DNA of 64,000 nucleotides from Nitrospirales bacterium (GTDB lineage: Bacteria > Nitrospirota > Nitrospiria > Nitrospirales > UBA8639). Both the position numbers and the translations under genes were made by a program. The notes under the pieces are model-generated. The model was not told the origin of the DNA. It did no database searches and saw nothing but the letters and a program-made list of their open reading frames with translations. The stretch lies in contig CBDCWC010000002.1 in assembly GCA_965223295.1 (NCBI GenBank), forward strand, positions 96,001 to 160,000. Direction: 5' to 3'. This document shows, in pieces, positions 1 through 10,293 of this stretch (position 1 is its first letter; every line of letters starts with the position of its first letter).

Positions 1-101
1 GGTTGAGATTCCGGTCATGAGAGGTTCTCCTTCGTGTGTTTTTTCGTAAGATGTTTTTCTAGAAAGGATAGAAGTTGAGTTCTTCGAAACCTCATAGGCA
101 A

Positions 102-962
102 TTAGGCGACCCGAACCTGGGCTTCTTCCATGAGATCTAACATAGGAGAAAGCTGCTTGCCCGCTTCCAACAAGCACATTTTGATGGCCTCTTCATCCAA
201 GCTGGTGAGCGACCATGATTCTGGAGCGACTTGAGCTTCCCAATTTCCCTGACCATTTGGCGTTTGGAACCCTTCAGTCAGTGCACCTGCTATGTTGAGC
301 AGGGCAGCTTCGAATTGATAGTCAGGAGTCCCGTTGGGATTATGCTGATGCCGAATGGCTTCTCCCAAATTTTTCGGTAATTCCCATAAGTCAACGAGGG
401 CTTTTCCTACTTCCGTGTAATCAAATCCAATGATGCGTTGCTCTGCAGTATAAATCGGTTCCCCCGTCTCAGCTGATTTTTTCATGGCCTCTTCAGCTTG
501 CTCCGGAAGGTACTGGTATAATAGAAGGTGTCCAAGGTCTCGAAGGAGACCTTCCACAAACATTCGTTCGCTATCGATCAAGAAGCACTTCCTGGCTAAT
601 TCTCGGGCCGCTAACCCACTAAAGAAGCTATTGGCCCAAAAAATATTCATATTCATGACCTGTTGAGATAAGCCTCCAAACGTTTTAGTAACTGATACGG
701 CTAATACCAAATCATGGAGAGGTTGCATCCCTAAAATTCCCACGGCTCGGGAAATGGTTTCCACCTTTCTTGGCATCCCATAAAAGGCACTGTTGACGAG
801 TTTGAGTACCATGGCGGTCATGCCGGGATCGATGCTGATCGCAGCAGAAAGATCAGCCATTGTGGCATCAGGGTCGTCGATAACTTTTTTCACTTCCAAG
901 TAGACTCCTGGGAGCGAAACCAGTGAGGAGCATTGCTTGACTAGTTCTTCAGCGGTTTTCAT
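102..962 (-). CDS. HDOD domain-containing protein
   Basis: SLP...DPGMTAMVLKLVNSAFYG...ISRAV..LG, GLLRDLG and W.LP..L..AIRHQH motifs. ATG at 962 (MKTAEEL) preferred over the ORF-track start at 1034. Confidence 0.88.
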   Translation of the reverse strand: MKTAEELVKQCSSLVSLPGVYLEVKKVIDDPDATMADLSAAISIDPGMTAMVLKLVNSAFYGMPRKVETISRAVGILGMQPLHDLVLAVSVTKTFGGLSQQVMNMNIFWANSFFSGLAARELARKCFLIDSERMFVEGLLRDLGHLLLYQYLPEQAEEAMKKSAETGEPIYTAEQRIIGFDYTEVGKALVDLWELPKNLGEAIRHQHNPNGTPDYQFEAALLNIAGALTEGFQTPNGQGNWEAQVAPESWSLTSLDEEAIKMCLLEAGKQLSPMLDLMEEAQVRVA

Positions 963-1096
963 AGTTGACCTATTGCGGATAAACAGGGTGTGTGTCTCGT
1001 CCACCTTGGGGATACTTATACCTCTTTCGGTCATTCATTGTTAGACCTTGACCGTCATGGATGTATGCGACTCAATCTAAGTGAAAATACTTATCT

Positions 1097-1346
1097 GGGC
1101 GTGTTGAATATGACAACCCATCAGAGGCAAATTTGCTCATGATCACATCGGATACCAACAGCTTCGAGGCGGTTCAAAAAAGTCCGCTCGGCTGCGCGCT
1201 TGCGCGGTGAAGCGCTACTGCGCGTAAACGCGAAGCCGCTTTCAGCCTTCGTAACGATTTCGGCGAAGGCAGGAATGTTGCTCCCGGCCTTCGCAGCCTA
1301 TCGAGTTACTTCGGCGGAGTAGACGGCGGCTTTTTTCAACAAACCC
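1097..1346 (+). mobile_element. MITE-like element, degenerate copy with nested palindromic inserts
   Basis: Ends GGGCGTGTTGAA / TTCAACAAACCC and internal GGTTCAAAAAAGTCCG match the other family copies. No target-site duplication visible. Confidence 0.7.
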
Positions 1347-1373
1347 AAAAAGGTGGAGAATTGGGAAGGAAAT

Positions 1374-2771
1374 TTAGTGAGTAGCGGAGGAATGAGATTC
1401 GCTCTGACTTTCGGGGGCTGAATACTGTCGTTGGATCCGATTTTTCCCCCAGGTGATGAGCCCGAAGGAGAGGCCTAACGCGATGGGTACAAAAATACCT
1501 GATGCAAGGACAGCGTTGGGAAGCCATCCTAACTCGTGCAGGGCCTTAAAGAGATAATGAGCTAATCCACTCAGATAATAGGCGATGACGATGACGGATA
1601 ACCCTTCGACCGTATGTTGGAGCATGGCCTGGCTTTTGGTGGTCTGGTCGACGCTCGCAAGCAGTTTTGTATTTTGGTCCTGAAGGAGGAGGTTTTGTTC
1701 TTGTCTTGCTAGTTCCACCTGGGTTCGCAGGACAGCGATGGTGCCCTCAAAGTCTTGTTCCAGGGAATGAATTCTGGTTAAGAGCTGTTGGTACCCGTCA
1801 GCGACACCAGTTGTTTTCCACCGAAAGTAATTGTTCAGGGTTCGGCCAAAAGCAAGAGATTCATCCTGTAACGTTTGGAGGTTACTTTGGATGATTCGGT
1901 CATAGGGAACTGATGCCGACAGCCGAACGCGCATAGAATCGGCAAGCCGACCGACCTCCAAAAAATCCTGCGTGAGCCCTTCCAGCCATTGTTGAAGCGT
2001 GGTATGGGTCGCGCCTTTGAGTTGTTTCGTAATCAGGCTGCGCTGATACAGGTGGCGTTGCTCATAAATCTGTACCTGATCCACGGTGCGTGAAAACGCT
2101 TGATAGGGTAAAAGAATTAAATGCGTATAATTTTCAAGTGTAATCAGAATATCAATGAGTTGGGGAAGTTTTGGCAGGAGCCGTTGGGAATTTGGCGACC
2201 ATATTAAGTAGCGTTCACGGCCATGTTCATCTGGGGTGAAACTGGTAGCGACAGAAATATCTTCCCCCAAGACTTTACTTGCATACATTTGAGGTCCTGG
2301 TAAACGGGTGGCTAAATCTTCTTGGTCATATGTTTGCGAGGGCGTGACAAGTAAGTCCAAGGCATTCACGGCTAATCCCAAAGGTGAAATCGGAAACGCA
2401 TACCCTGGAAAGGTTAAAGGGCCAAAGCCCAGTGGCTGAGTTTGATCTTGGGGAATATGCCAAATTTGATAACTGTAATATTCGGTGTGTGCTTCCCAAC
2501 GGGCAAGTAAACGATCTCCATTGGGCGCCGTCGTGACGCCAAACCCAGATTTTTCTTCGATGACTTGATTCGATGGTTCAATGTCTAAACAGGTGAGGAG
2601 TTGTTCAAATTCTTTCCGGCTTTGAGGCCGTTCAATGCTTGGATTGGCCATCCGATGAGCCATGTGGTGGATATGCGCAGGCGCATCCAGCCATCCTTCT
2701 AGATACTTTTCATGCGCCTGATGAATGTGGCGAAGCAGGCCTTTTCCTGGCAATGTTGGTTTAAGACTCAT
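1374..2771 (-). CDS. DUF3422-like membrane-anchored protein
   Basis: RWEAHTEYYSY, LRTQVE and C-terminal LQHTVEGLSVIVIAYY followed by two TM segments. Confidence 0.8.
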   Translation of the reverse strand: MSLKPTLPGKGLLRHIHQAHEKYLEGWLDAPAHIHHMAHRMANPSIERPQSRKEFEQLLTCLDIEPSNQVIEEKSGFGVTTAPNGDRLLARWEAHTEYYSYQIWHIPQDQTQPLGFGPLTFPGYAFPISPLGLAVNALDLLVTPSQTYDQEDLATRLPGPQMYASKVLGEDISVATSFTPDEHGRERYLIWSPNSQRLLPKLPQLIDILITLENYTHLILLPYQAFSRTVDQVQIYEQRHLYQRSLITKQLKGATHTTLQQWLEGLTQDFLEVGRLADSMRVRLSASVPYDRIIQSNLQTLQDESLAFGRTLNNYFRWKTTGVADGYQQLLTRIHSLEQDFEGTIAVLRTQVELARQEQNLLLQDQNTKLLASVDQTTKSQAMLQHTVEGLSVIVIAYYLSGLAHYLFKALHELGWLPNAVLASGIFVPIALGLSFGLITWGKNRIQRQYSAPESQSESHSSATH

Positions 2772-2926
2772 CAGAATAACCGGATGGCGATATGGAAGGT
2801 TTGAACATCTCTTTTTCAGGTTCTACCTCAGTTGGTTGAAAAGCCGCAAGGGGGGACATCATCTTGTTAGGCGGGAACGTAGCTAGTCTGTAGACTTTTA
2901 TTGGCGAGTTTCTCGGTTAAGTCTAT

Positions 2927-3141
2927 GGGGCTGTTGAAAAAAGCCGCCAGCGGCGTTCTGGCCCTTGTTCCGTGCTCACGTCATACCAGTACGCTCCGCG
3001 CGCAAACATGGCTGCGGCCTTCCCTTCGAGAAGCCTCAGGACAGGACTGGACGGACTTTTTTGAACAGACCCGAGGCCTCTGACATGTGACGTCGCAGAG
3101 ACGAAATTTGGCCGTAGATATCATCATTATTCAACGGCCCC
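2927..3141 (-). mobile_element. MITE-like element with 5-bp TSD (TCTAT)
   Basis: Terminal inverted repeats GGGGCTGTTGAA / TTCAACGGCCCC. TCTAT occurs at 2922-2926 and 3142-3146. Near-identical to the 6334-6523 copy in reverse orientation. Confidence 0.9.
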
Positions 3142-3142
3142 T

Positions 3143-4123
3143 CTATGATTGTTGCTGAATCCAGTCCAGGATACGGTTTTCTGCCCAAAAGGGATCTTCA
3201 TTGAGGCCCTGACGTTGGAAAAATCCACAATGTCCTCCGTAGATTGGTGCCTCCATTTGGATGAAAGAGTTCTCCTTAATGGAAGGCCTGTCAAAAATGG
3301 AATAGGGAATAAAAGGGTCGTCCTGTGCAGTGATGATGAGAGTGGGACGCTGAATAGCATGGAGCACATGTTGAGCGGCGCTTTTTTCATAGTAGTCCTC
3401 TGCGTCTTGGTACCCTCCATCAGGTGCCGTATAGATCTCGTCAAATTCCCACATCGTTTGAATGGTTGGCAGGCGGGAGAGATCCCATGTCCCAGGATAG
3501 AGCTGAGCTTTGTGCCGCAATTTTGTTTTTAAACTTCGTAAGAAATATTGATGATAGATCCAATTGGACGGGCGTTGGAGTGCCCGTACACACGTGGCCG
3601 GCTGAATGTTTGGGCAGACCGCTGCGATACCGCGCAAGGACGGGAGTGTCTTGTGTATTTCTCCTGCCAACTTAAGAACCAAATTGCCTCCCATGGAATA
3701 GCCAATCAACCAAACTTGACGGCATTCATCGTGTTCCGCCAACTCTCGAATAATTTGGCCATAATCCTGACTCAATCCATTGTGATAAAGAGTAGGAGTC
3801 AGGTGTTCTGAGCCGCCACAGTTCCGCTGGTTAATACGGATACAACTCCATCCTCTGCGCCAGGCTTTTTGGGCCAGGCCAATCATGTAGTGGGACTCTG
3901 TGCAACCTTCGAGGCCGTGAACGATCAAAAGGGTAGGTTTGTCGGTAGAGCCTGGTTGCCAGTGACATTTGGCGAGGATGGCGGTTTCGGGAGTGATTTG
4001 GAACGTGCGCTGACGAGTTGAGAGTTCTGAAGGCATGTCTCCCCGAGGCCACCATCGGGGGATGAGACTCATCCGGTGCGGACCTTTTAATAAAGGATGG
4101 GGTTGGAATGGGGGAAAATTCAA
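3143..4123 (-). CDS. YheT-family alpha/beta hydrolase
   Basis: HGLEG, GYSMGG nucleophile elbow, DDPFIP and GGHCGF motifs. Confidence 0.9.
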   Translation of the reverse strand: MNFPPFQPHPLLKGPHRMSLIPRWWPRGDMPSELSTRQRTFQITPETAILAKCHWQPGSTDKPTLLIVHGLEGCTESHYMIGLAQKAWRRGWSCIRINQRNCGGSEHLTPTLYHNGLSQDYGQIIRELAEHDECRQVWLIGYSMGGNLVLKLAGEIHKTLPSLRGIAAVCPNIQPATCVRALQRPSNWIYHQYFLRSLKTKLRHKAQLYPGTWDLSRLPTIQTMWEFDEIYTAPDGGYQDAEDYYEKSAAQHVLHAIQRPTLIITAQDDPFIPYSIFDRPSIKENSFIQMEAPIYGGHCGFFQRQGLNEDPFWAENRILDWIQQQS

Positions 4124-4407
4124 ACTGGAATAGTCATATGTTGATGGTGAACGATGTGCATGTCTCCAGAAGTAGACCTAAATGCTGAAGAGGATGCCAA
4201 AAGAACATGCCCTGTTTTAACCGGTCAAGCCTTCTTGAGGCTGAAGGGAATGCGAATGTCTTTCGAAAGATTTTCTTGACTTGATCGTAATTGACAGTCT
4301 CTCCTGAATTTAGGTACAGGAGCAATGAGAAAATTAATTCATACGAACCGAGGCGGTTATGACGAGCGAAGATACAAGCGCCCTGAGTATTCAGGATCAG
4401 ATCTTTT

Positions 4408-4950
4408 ATGAAAAAATCTAAGCCATCAAAAAATTCTGGAGGACGAGAAAGTTTTTTAATTTTCATGGTCGTCGGTTGTGGTCTGTTGGCGACTGTGTCG
4501 CTTCATTCAGTAACAAAGCCTGGAACAGGGTTACAGAATGAACGTGGTGAAGAGAAAGCCGAGCAATCCAAACAATCGTTGAAAGAAAAGAAAGAAAAAC
4601 CGTTGGCCCTGATCGATGTCCCTTTGGCGACGGGGAATGAGCCGCTTGATAAATTGTTTGTACAGTCTGGGTGTGCCGTTTGTCATACCATTCCAGGCAT
4701 TGGTCCAGCAAAAGGGCGGCAAGGTCCAAAGTTAGTCTTAGGCACAAATGGTCCGAAACGGATAGCGGACCCGAATTATGAAGGAACGGCGGAAAGTGTT
4801 CGGGAGTACATCCACGAATCCATCTTGAAGCCTGGCGCCTATGTCGTGCCTGGTTATTCTGATCGAGTGATGCCGCGGTGGTATGGGAAACGCCTTAATG
4901 CTCAAGCTTTGGATAGGATTGCCACGTATTTAGAGGAAATCAGAGAATAG
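4408..4950 (+). CDS. Membrane-anchored monoheme c-type cytochrome
   Basis: N-terminal TM segment, CAVCH heme motif, YIHESIL.P.A.VV.GY..MP distal Met region. Confidence 0.85.
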   Translation: MKKSKPSKNSGGRESFLIFMVVGCGLLATVSLHSVTKPGTGLQNERGEEKAEQSKQSLKEKKEKPLALIDVPLATGNEPLDKLFVQSGCAVCHTIPGIGPAKGRQGPKLVLGTNGPKRIADPNYEGTAESVREYIHESILKPGAYVVPGYSDRVMPRWYGKRLNAQALDRIATYLEEIRE

Positions 4951-4994
4951 ATCGTACGATGGATTTACGCAAGGAAATAGCGGAATGCCTGATC

Positions 4995-5524
4995 TCAGGG
5001 ATGGAAGCGGAATCCGAACATTAAACCGACATTGAGATTGTCACTGTTTCTGCGATTATCAAAGTCCAGATCTTGAAATGTGAAGATCAACGTGCTGGCT
5101 AAAGAAATCGTTTGGGTCACGTGAAAGGCTGCAGTGGCTCCGAATGGGAAGCTATAGCTTGCCTCCTGATCATCACTCCCTCTACGTTCATAATCTCCGA
5201 AGACAAAGCCTATTCCACCGAACGGGACTAAGGAGAGGGAGCCCATTGGGATGTGATAGCGAGCGATACCAGCAAAAGTGAGCTGGGTTAAATCTCCGCC
5301 AGGGGTAATGAGGACTTGAGGGCCTATTGAAAAATCTGAATCTAAATAGTAGTCGCCCTGAAAACTGAGCGTAAATACGGTGTCATCAGCCGTATCGGCA
5401 AGAAAGCCGATGTCGGAGCCAAATCCCCAAGAGTTTTCTGCCTTTACGCGGAATTATTTCCTACCGTATAAAAAAAGAGGAGAGCCAAAATGGCTAATAT
5501 GGTTTTTATCCATCTGCCTATCAT
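4995..5524 (-). pseudogene. Frameshifted outer-membrane beta-barrel protein
   Basis: Signal peptide MIGRWIKTILAILALLFFYTVGNNSA* from ATG at 5524. A second frame from about 5450 gives VKAENSWGFGSDIGF...GLMFGFRFHP with alternating beta-strand pattern. One missing base near 5447-5455 would join them. Confidence 0.7.
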
Positions 5525-5760
5525 ATCTGGAACCACTTCTCACTTCGCGATAGCTCCGCCCGACCGGCTGTAGGTTGTCTCCGCTTCATGAATGAACTCA
5601 ATATACCCCAGACAATCCCATAATTTCACCTTTTTGTAGAGCTTTGGGACAAAATACTCCCAACCATTCTAACGATGGCAAGCGGAATGTCTGTTGTCTA
5701 GAAGACAAACCTCTAAGGCCAAATGTTGGAGCTTACATTGCTAAGGAAGTGGATTGTCCG

Positions 5761-6099
5761 TTAATCTTTTAAGCCAACGGCTTCCGTTACTGTCTCACTG
5801 GTTGAATCTGCCGCATCGCTCAGAGCTTCTCCAGCGCTTTCTGTGGCGTCTTGAATCGCTTCTCCTGTATTTTCAAGAGCCTCATTCATTGCGTCGCCGG
5901 CATCTTCAGCGGCGTTGGTGATCGCCTCTCCTGTGCTTTCCATGGCATCACTTACCGTATTCGTTGTACTTTCAATTGCGTCGTCTACCGCCTTTCCAGC
6001 CTGTTGCGCAGGTCCTTCCTGTTCACCGCAGGCGACACAGAACAGGGCAACAGCACAAATGAGGGTGGTAGATAGTTTTCGGGTGTGACTGTGTTTCAT
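5761..6099 (-). CDS. Acidic Ala/Thr-rich repeat lipoprotein
   Basis: Lipobox-like VAC-G, 11-residue helical repeats (DAMESTGEAIT-like), RBS GGAGG upstream. Confidence 0.8.
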   Translation of the reverse strand: MKHSHTRKLSTTLICAVALFCVACGEQEGPAQQAGKAVDDAIESTTNTVSDAMESTGEAITNAAEDAGDAMNEALENTGEAIQDATESAGEALSDAADSTSETVTEAVGLKD

Positions 6100-6333
6100 G
6101 TGGCGAACCTCCTGTTAGAAAATGGCTGACGTCGTGACATCCTTTCTCGTTTGGATGTCCATTGGGGGAGTGTAAACCGGCAGGATTGATTGGATGGTCT
6201 AATGATCACTCCAGTTAGGAATCAACAGTAACTGTTCTTATTGTATCCTAAAAATACCAAAGTGCAATGGTTAGAGTTGATGTCTTGCAGAATCCTCCCG
6301 GAAAGGGGTGTTGGTGGAAATGGCAGACGGTGT

Positions 6334-6523
6334 GGGCCTGTTGAATAATGATGATATCAACGGCCACATTTCGTCTCTGTGACGTCACATGTCAGAGGCC
6401 TCGGGTCTGTTCAAAAAGTCCGTTCAGCAAGGCCGCAGCCATGTTTGCGCGCGGAGCGTACTGGTATGAGGTGAGCACGGAAAAAAGGCGAGAACGCCGC
6501 TGGCGGCTTTTTTCAACAGACCC
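6334..6523 (+). mobile_element. MITE-like element with 5-bp TSD (GGTGT), simplest full-length copy
   Basis: TIRs GGGCCTGTTGAA / TTCAACAGACCC. GGTGT occurs at 6329-6333 and 6524-6528. Internal third end GGGTCTGTTCAAAAA at 6403. Confidence 0.9.
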
Positions 6524-6699
6524 GGTGTTGTTCCAGAATGGGGTTGAGAACGTAGGAGACGATCACGTCATTGTGGAAGAGGGCTAGAGTTTTTGTCGTT
6601 TTGCCTTAACTTTTTTTCAAAGATGTCGATAAGCATCTGTACGGACTGTCTATTGGAAGCTGTCTAAAGATCCACAATTTCAATAATTTTGAGGATATT

Positions 6700-7377
6700 A
6701 TGGGAAAACCAGTTGGAAAACTCAGAAAAATTAATTTAAGTGAAGTATGGGCAAATGAAGCGGACGGATTTGCCGCATGGCTTCAACAAGAAGAAATATT
6801 GGAAATGTTGGGTGAGTCCTTGGAGCTAACTCTGAAGCCCACCGGGGGAGAGATTCCACTGGATACGCTACCTGGCGGAGTGTTGGCTAAAGATACCAAA
6901 CGGGGTGATTATGTGCTGATCCTTGGACATTTAGACGGTATGAGCCATGAGGCTTTTGGCAAGCTGATCATGTATTCTGCAGGGTTGGAAGCCAAGTGTA
7001 TTGTGTGTGTGGGACAAGAAATCACGGCAGAAATTCGTCAGAGTTTTGATTGGCTGAATATGGTTTCACGGGATGACGTCAATTTTTACGGCCTTGAACT
7101 CGAATTATGGCGGATTGATGATTCGGTGCCTGCCCCTAATTTCAATGTGGTCTGCCAGCCCAACATGTGGGCCAGACAACTGAAGATGGGCCAAGAGGAG
7201 GGAGAACCTAACAGCAGTCCAAAGTCTAAAGAATCTTCTGCCTCAAAAGCCCAGAAAGAAGAGCCTCCTAAAAATTCCAAAGAAAAAGCTTCAGCTCCAC
7301 AAGGAAAGACTGGCGCAGGTTCTAAAGACGGAGTATCTGTTCGGCAAAACTTTGTCTACACGAAAACGTTCTCGTAA
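6700..7377 (+). CDS. Hypothetical protein resembling the N-terminal nuclease-like domain of DUF4268 proteins, degenerate
   Basis: GKL.KINLSEVWANEA.GF..WL, GKLIMYSAGLEA, DWLN, FYGLELELWRIDDSVPAPNFNVV.QPN.W motifs, followed by a low-complexity tail. RBS GAGG upstream. Confidence 0.7.
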   Translation: MGKPVGKLRKINLSEVWANEADGFAAWLQQEEILEMLGESLELTLKPTGGEIPLDTLPGGVLAKDTKRGDYVLILGHLDGMSHEAFGKLIMYSAGLEAKCIVCVGQEITAEIRQSFDWLNMVSRDDVNFYGLELELWRIDDSVPAPNFNVVCQPNMWARQLKMGQEEGEPNSSPKSKESSASKAQKEEPPKNSKEKASAPQGKTGAGSKDGVSVRQNFVYTKTFS

Positions 7378-7423
7378 GGTTTTTCAGATCTTGTCTCATG
7401 TCTAACGATTGAGAGTGGAGAAC

Positions 7424-7501
7424 ATGAAAATCCTTCTCGCAGTCAATGATTTTTATGAGGAGCCGTTTTCTGCGATTCAACAGTTGCCTTTGGGCTGTTG
7501 A
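7424..7501 (+). pseudogene. Possible universal stress protein N-terminal remnant (25 aa)
   Basis: RBS GGAGA then MKILLAVNDFYEEPFSAIQQLPLGC*, resembling the USP start MKILLAVDxS. Confidence 0.4.
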
Positions 7502-7658
7502 GTTTTTCCGAAGATTGACTTAAGAGTAGTTTCTCTCTCGCCCACAAAAAGCTTTCCGTTTTCAAAACCTAGGGATCCTACCTAAGCGTCTTGAGGGCTC
7601 GCCTTGAAAATTTCTAGACAGAACCTTTGGCTTGCGCTAATCTACCGCACCCCCACTT

Positions 7659-9341
7659 ATGATATCCTCTCACCACAATTCTCCCACAGATTTTATTCGC
7701 AGCGCGATTCTCTTGGATCAGGAGAGTCGGCGATTTGACCAGCGCGTCCATACCCGATTCCCTCCTGAGCCGAACGGACATTTACACATTGGTCATGCGA
7801 AGTCGATTTGTTTGAATTTTGGCATTGCTCAAGAATTTGGAGGGCTTTGTAATCTGAGATTCGATGATACGAATCCGACAACAGAGCATATGGATTATGT
7901 GCAATCGATTCAAGAAGATGTCAGATGGTTGGGCTTTGAGTGGGACAACCGGTTGTTTTATGCCTCGGACTATTTTCAAACGATATACGAATATGCATTG
8001 AAGCTCGTTCGAAAAGGTCAAGCGTATGTTGATAGTTTATCAGCAGAGGAAATACGAGAGTATCGAGGGACCTTAACGGAGCCCGGCAAAGAAAGTCCCT
8101 ATCGTTATCGAAGTCCTGAAGAAAATTTAGAGTTATTGAACAAGATGCGGGCTGGAGACTTTGAAGATGGGGCTCATGTCCTACGTGCCAAAATTGATAT
8201 GGCTTCTCCCAATATTAATCTGCGTGACCCGGCTTTATATCGTATACGCCATGCGACTCACTATCGGACTGGAGATGACTGGTGTATCTATCCGACGTAC
8301 GATTTTGCTCATCCTTTATCGGACGCTCTTGAAGGCATTACGCATTCCTTGTGTACGCTGGAATTTGAAGATCATCGTCCCTTATATGATTGGGTTTTGC
8401 GTGAATGCGAGGTATCATGCCATTCCCAGCAAATTGAGTTTGCCCGTTTGAACCTTGGTCACACAGTCATGAGCAAGCGAAAACTCTTGCAAATGGTCGA
8501 AGAACGGCAGGTCAACGGATGGGATGATCCCCGTATGCCGACTCTGAAGGGGCTTCGACGGCGTGGCTATACTCCGACCGCCATTAGGAATTTTTGTGAT
8601 CGCGTGGGCGTGGCGAAGCGGGATAGCGTGATTGAAATGGCACAGTTAGAACATGCCATACGGGAAGATTTAAACCAATCAGCCTCTCGGGTGATGGCGG
8701 TGCTGCGTCCACTCAAAGTCATCATTGAAAACTATCCGGATGGGCAAACCGAAGAGGTCGAAGCTGTCAACAACCCTGAAGATGAGAGCCAGGGAACTAG
8801 GCAACTTTCATTTTCTCGGGAAATCTATATTGAAGAAGACGACTTTCGTGAAGAGCCACCTAAAAAATTCTTTCGTCTTTCGCCCGGGCAGGAAGTGCGT
8901 CTCCGCTATGCCTATATCATCCGTTGTGTTGCGGTCGAAAAGGATGAGCAATCAGGGACTATTACCGCGATTCGCTGTACCTATGACCTAGATAGCAAGC
9001 GTGGTGGATCTCAGGCTGGTCGAAAAGTCAAAGGGACGCTTCATTGGGTCTCGGCGGGCCATGCCATTGCCGCAGAGGTTCGGTTGTTTGAACCCTTGCT
9101 CACAGAGGCGTCTTCTGATCCTCAAGCACAGCCTTCTCTTCCGATGCTCAATCCAGATTCTTTGATGGTTCTTTCAACCTGTTGGGTTGAGCCTAGTCTG
9201 AAGCAGGCTGAAATCGGGAGCCGGTTCCAATTTGAACGGCAAGGGTATTTTTGCTTGGACCCTGACTCTTCTGACCAGAAGTTAGTCTTTAACCGAACCG
9301 TCTCTCTTCGTGACTCCTGGGCTAGAATCCAGAAGAAGTGA
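7659..9341 (+). CDS. glnS: Glutamine--tRNA ligase
   Basis: [18 protein letters not shown] (HIGH), [15 protein letters not shown] and FQFERQGYF motifs. Confidence 0.97.
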   Translation: MISSHHNSPTDFIRSAILLDQESRRFDQRVHTRFPPEPNGHLHIGHAKSICLNFGIAQEFGGLCNLRFDDTNPTTEHMDYVQSIQEDVRWLGFEWDNRLFYASDYFQTIYEYALKLVRKGQAYVDSLSAEEIREYRGTLTEPGKESPYRYRSPEENLELLNKMRAGDFEDGAHVLRAKIDMASPNINLRDPALYRIRHATHYRTGDDWCIYPTYDFAHPLSDALEGITHSLCTLEFEDHRPLYDWVLRECEVSCHSQQIEFARLNLGHTVMSKRKLLQMVEERQVNGWDDPRMPTLKGLRRRGYTPTAIRNFCDRVGVAKRDSVIEMAQLEHAIREDLNQSASRVMAVLRPLKVIIENYPDGQTEEVEAVNNPEDESQGTRQLSFSREIYIEEDDFREEPPKKFFRLSPGQEVRLRYAYIIRCVAVEKDEQSGTITAIRCTYDLDSKRGGSQAGRKVKGTLHWVSAGHAIAAEVRLFEPLLTEASSDPQAQPSLPMLNPDSLMVLSTCWVEPSLKQAEIGSRFQFERQGYFCLDPDSSDQKLVFNRTVSLRDSWARIQKK

Positions 9342-9440
9342 GACATTGCTTGAAAGTGCTCTATCACATTTATGTATCGAATATTTCCTCAAGATTCATA
9401 CCATAAAATATATTCATCATGATCATTTGTAAGGCCTGTC

Positions 9441-9707
9441 ATGTTGTGGCGCAAACGTGAACAGCAGATTGATTCTTATTCAAAAAGAATTCTCTTAGAA
9501 CGAAAAATGTTCTGGGGGCGACCGCATACCCGCAAATATATTGAACGCGATCTTCCTCATGCCAAGGGCCATCCGGTGGGAACGGTCTTTTGTTTAACCC
9601 GGCTTCGCCCCTTTTGGCGATTCAGGCTACGGAGACCCTTGCAGTCGACCTATTTTACGCTGAACGCCAAAAGGCGATGGATTCAAACGTGTCGAACCTT
9701 TCATTAA
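9441..9707 (+). CDS. Small basic hypothetical protein
   Basis: 88-aa ATG ORF in an otherwise empty region. No recognisable motif. Confidence 0.3.
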   Translation: MLWRKREQQIDSYSKRILLERKMFWGRPHTRKYIERDLPHAKGHPVGTVFCLTRLRPFWRFRLRRPLQSTYFTLNAKRRWIQTCRTFH

Positions 9708-10293
9708 GTTTCATTTTTTCGTTATTCTGTCGCGACTCAAGGTATGGAACGGAGTTAGTGGAACCTTAGATCTTCATAAGAGAGAAATGGGTTAGAGCCT
9801 TGGGTGTCAAATTTTACTTAGGTAGAAAAATTTATAGAAAGAATAGCCTGTTACTCGTTACCATAGAAAAGCAAAAGCCCTCTAGACGAAGAAACGTCAT
9901 TGATTAAGAGATTTTGGGTAAAGATTTTTCAGAATCCTGCCGATAGTTTAGTATAGATGGCAGGAAAGAAGAACCGCTTCATTGAGGGGTCTTCCACATG
10001 TTTGGGAAAGCATGTTTTGTGTTAGCTGTTGTCTGTTTAGCCTGTTGCGTTGCCGTGCTGTCTTGGTTTGGCTGGGTGCATGGTATATCTTGGTCACGTC
10101 GAAGAACGAGTTTTCCCACTCACGTATAAGTCCTTGTTCTGGTTTTTCCCTCCCTGCCTGTTTGACGTAAAAAATCCTTAACGGTTCTGCAAGAAAAAGG
10201 ATTTTCCCCTGACTGTACTCATTCAGTACGGTAGTCAATGTATTCTGCAAGAAACTTCAAACGGATGCATTCCCGAAGAACAATTGGTGTGCG

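Noticed and set aside
2901-3083. Short ORFs overlapping repeat copies (2901-3083, 6348-6587, 19689-20024, 35034-35364, 37695-38017)
   Set aside because: They are translations of the MITE sequence and give inconsistent frames between copies.
5470-5476. A7/T7 tract as a phase-variation switch for the beta-barrel gene
   Set aside because: Both +1 and -1 changes run into stop codons before the mature domain.
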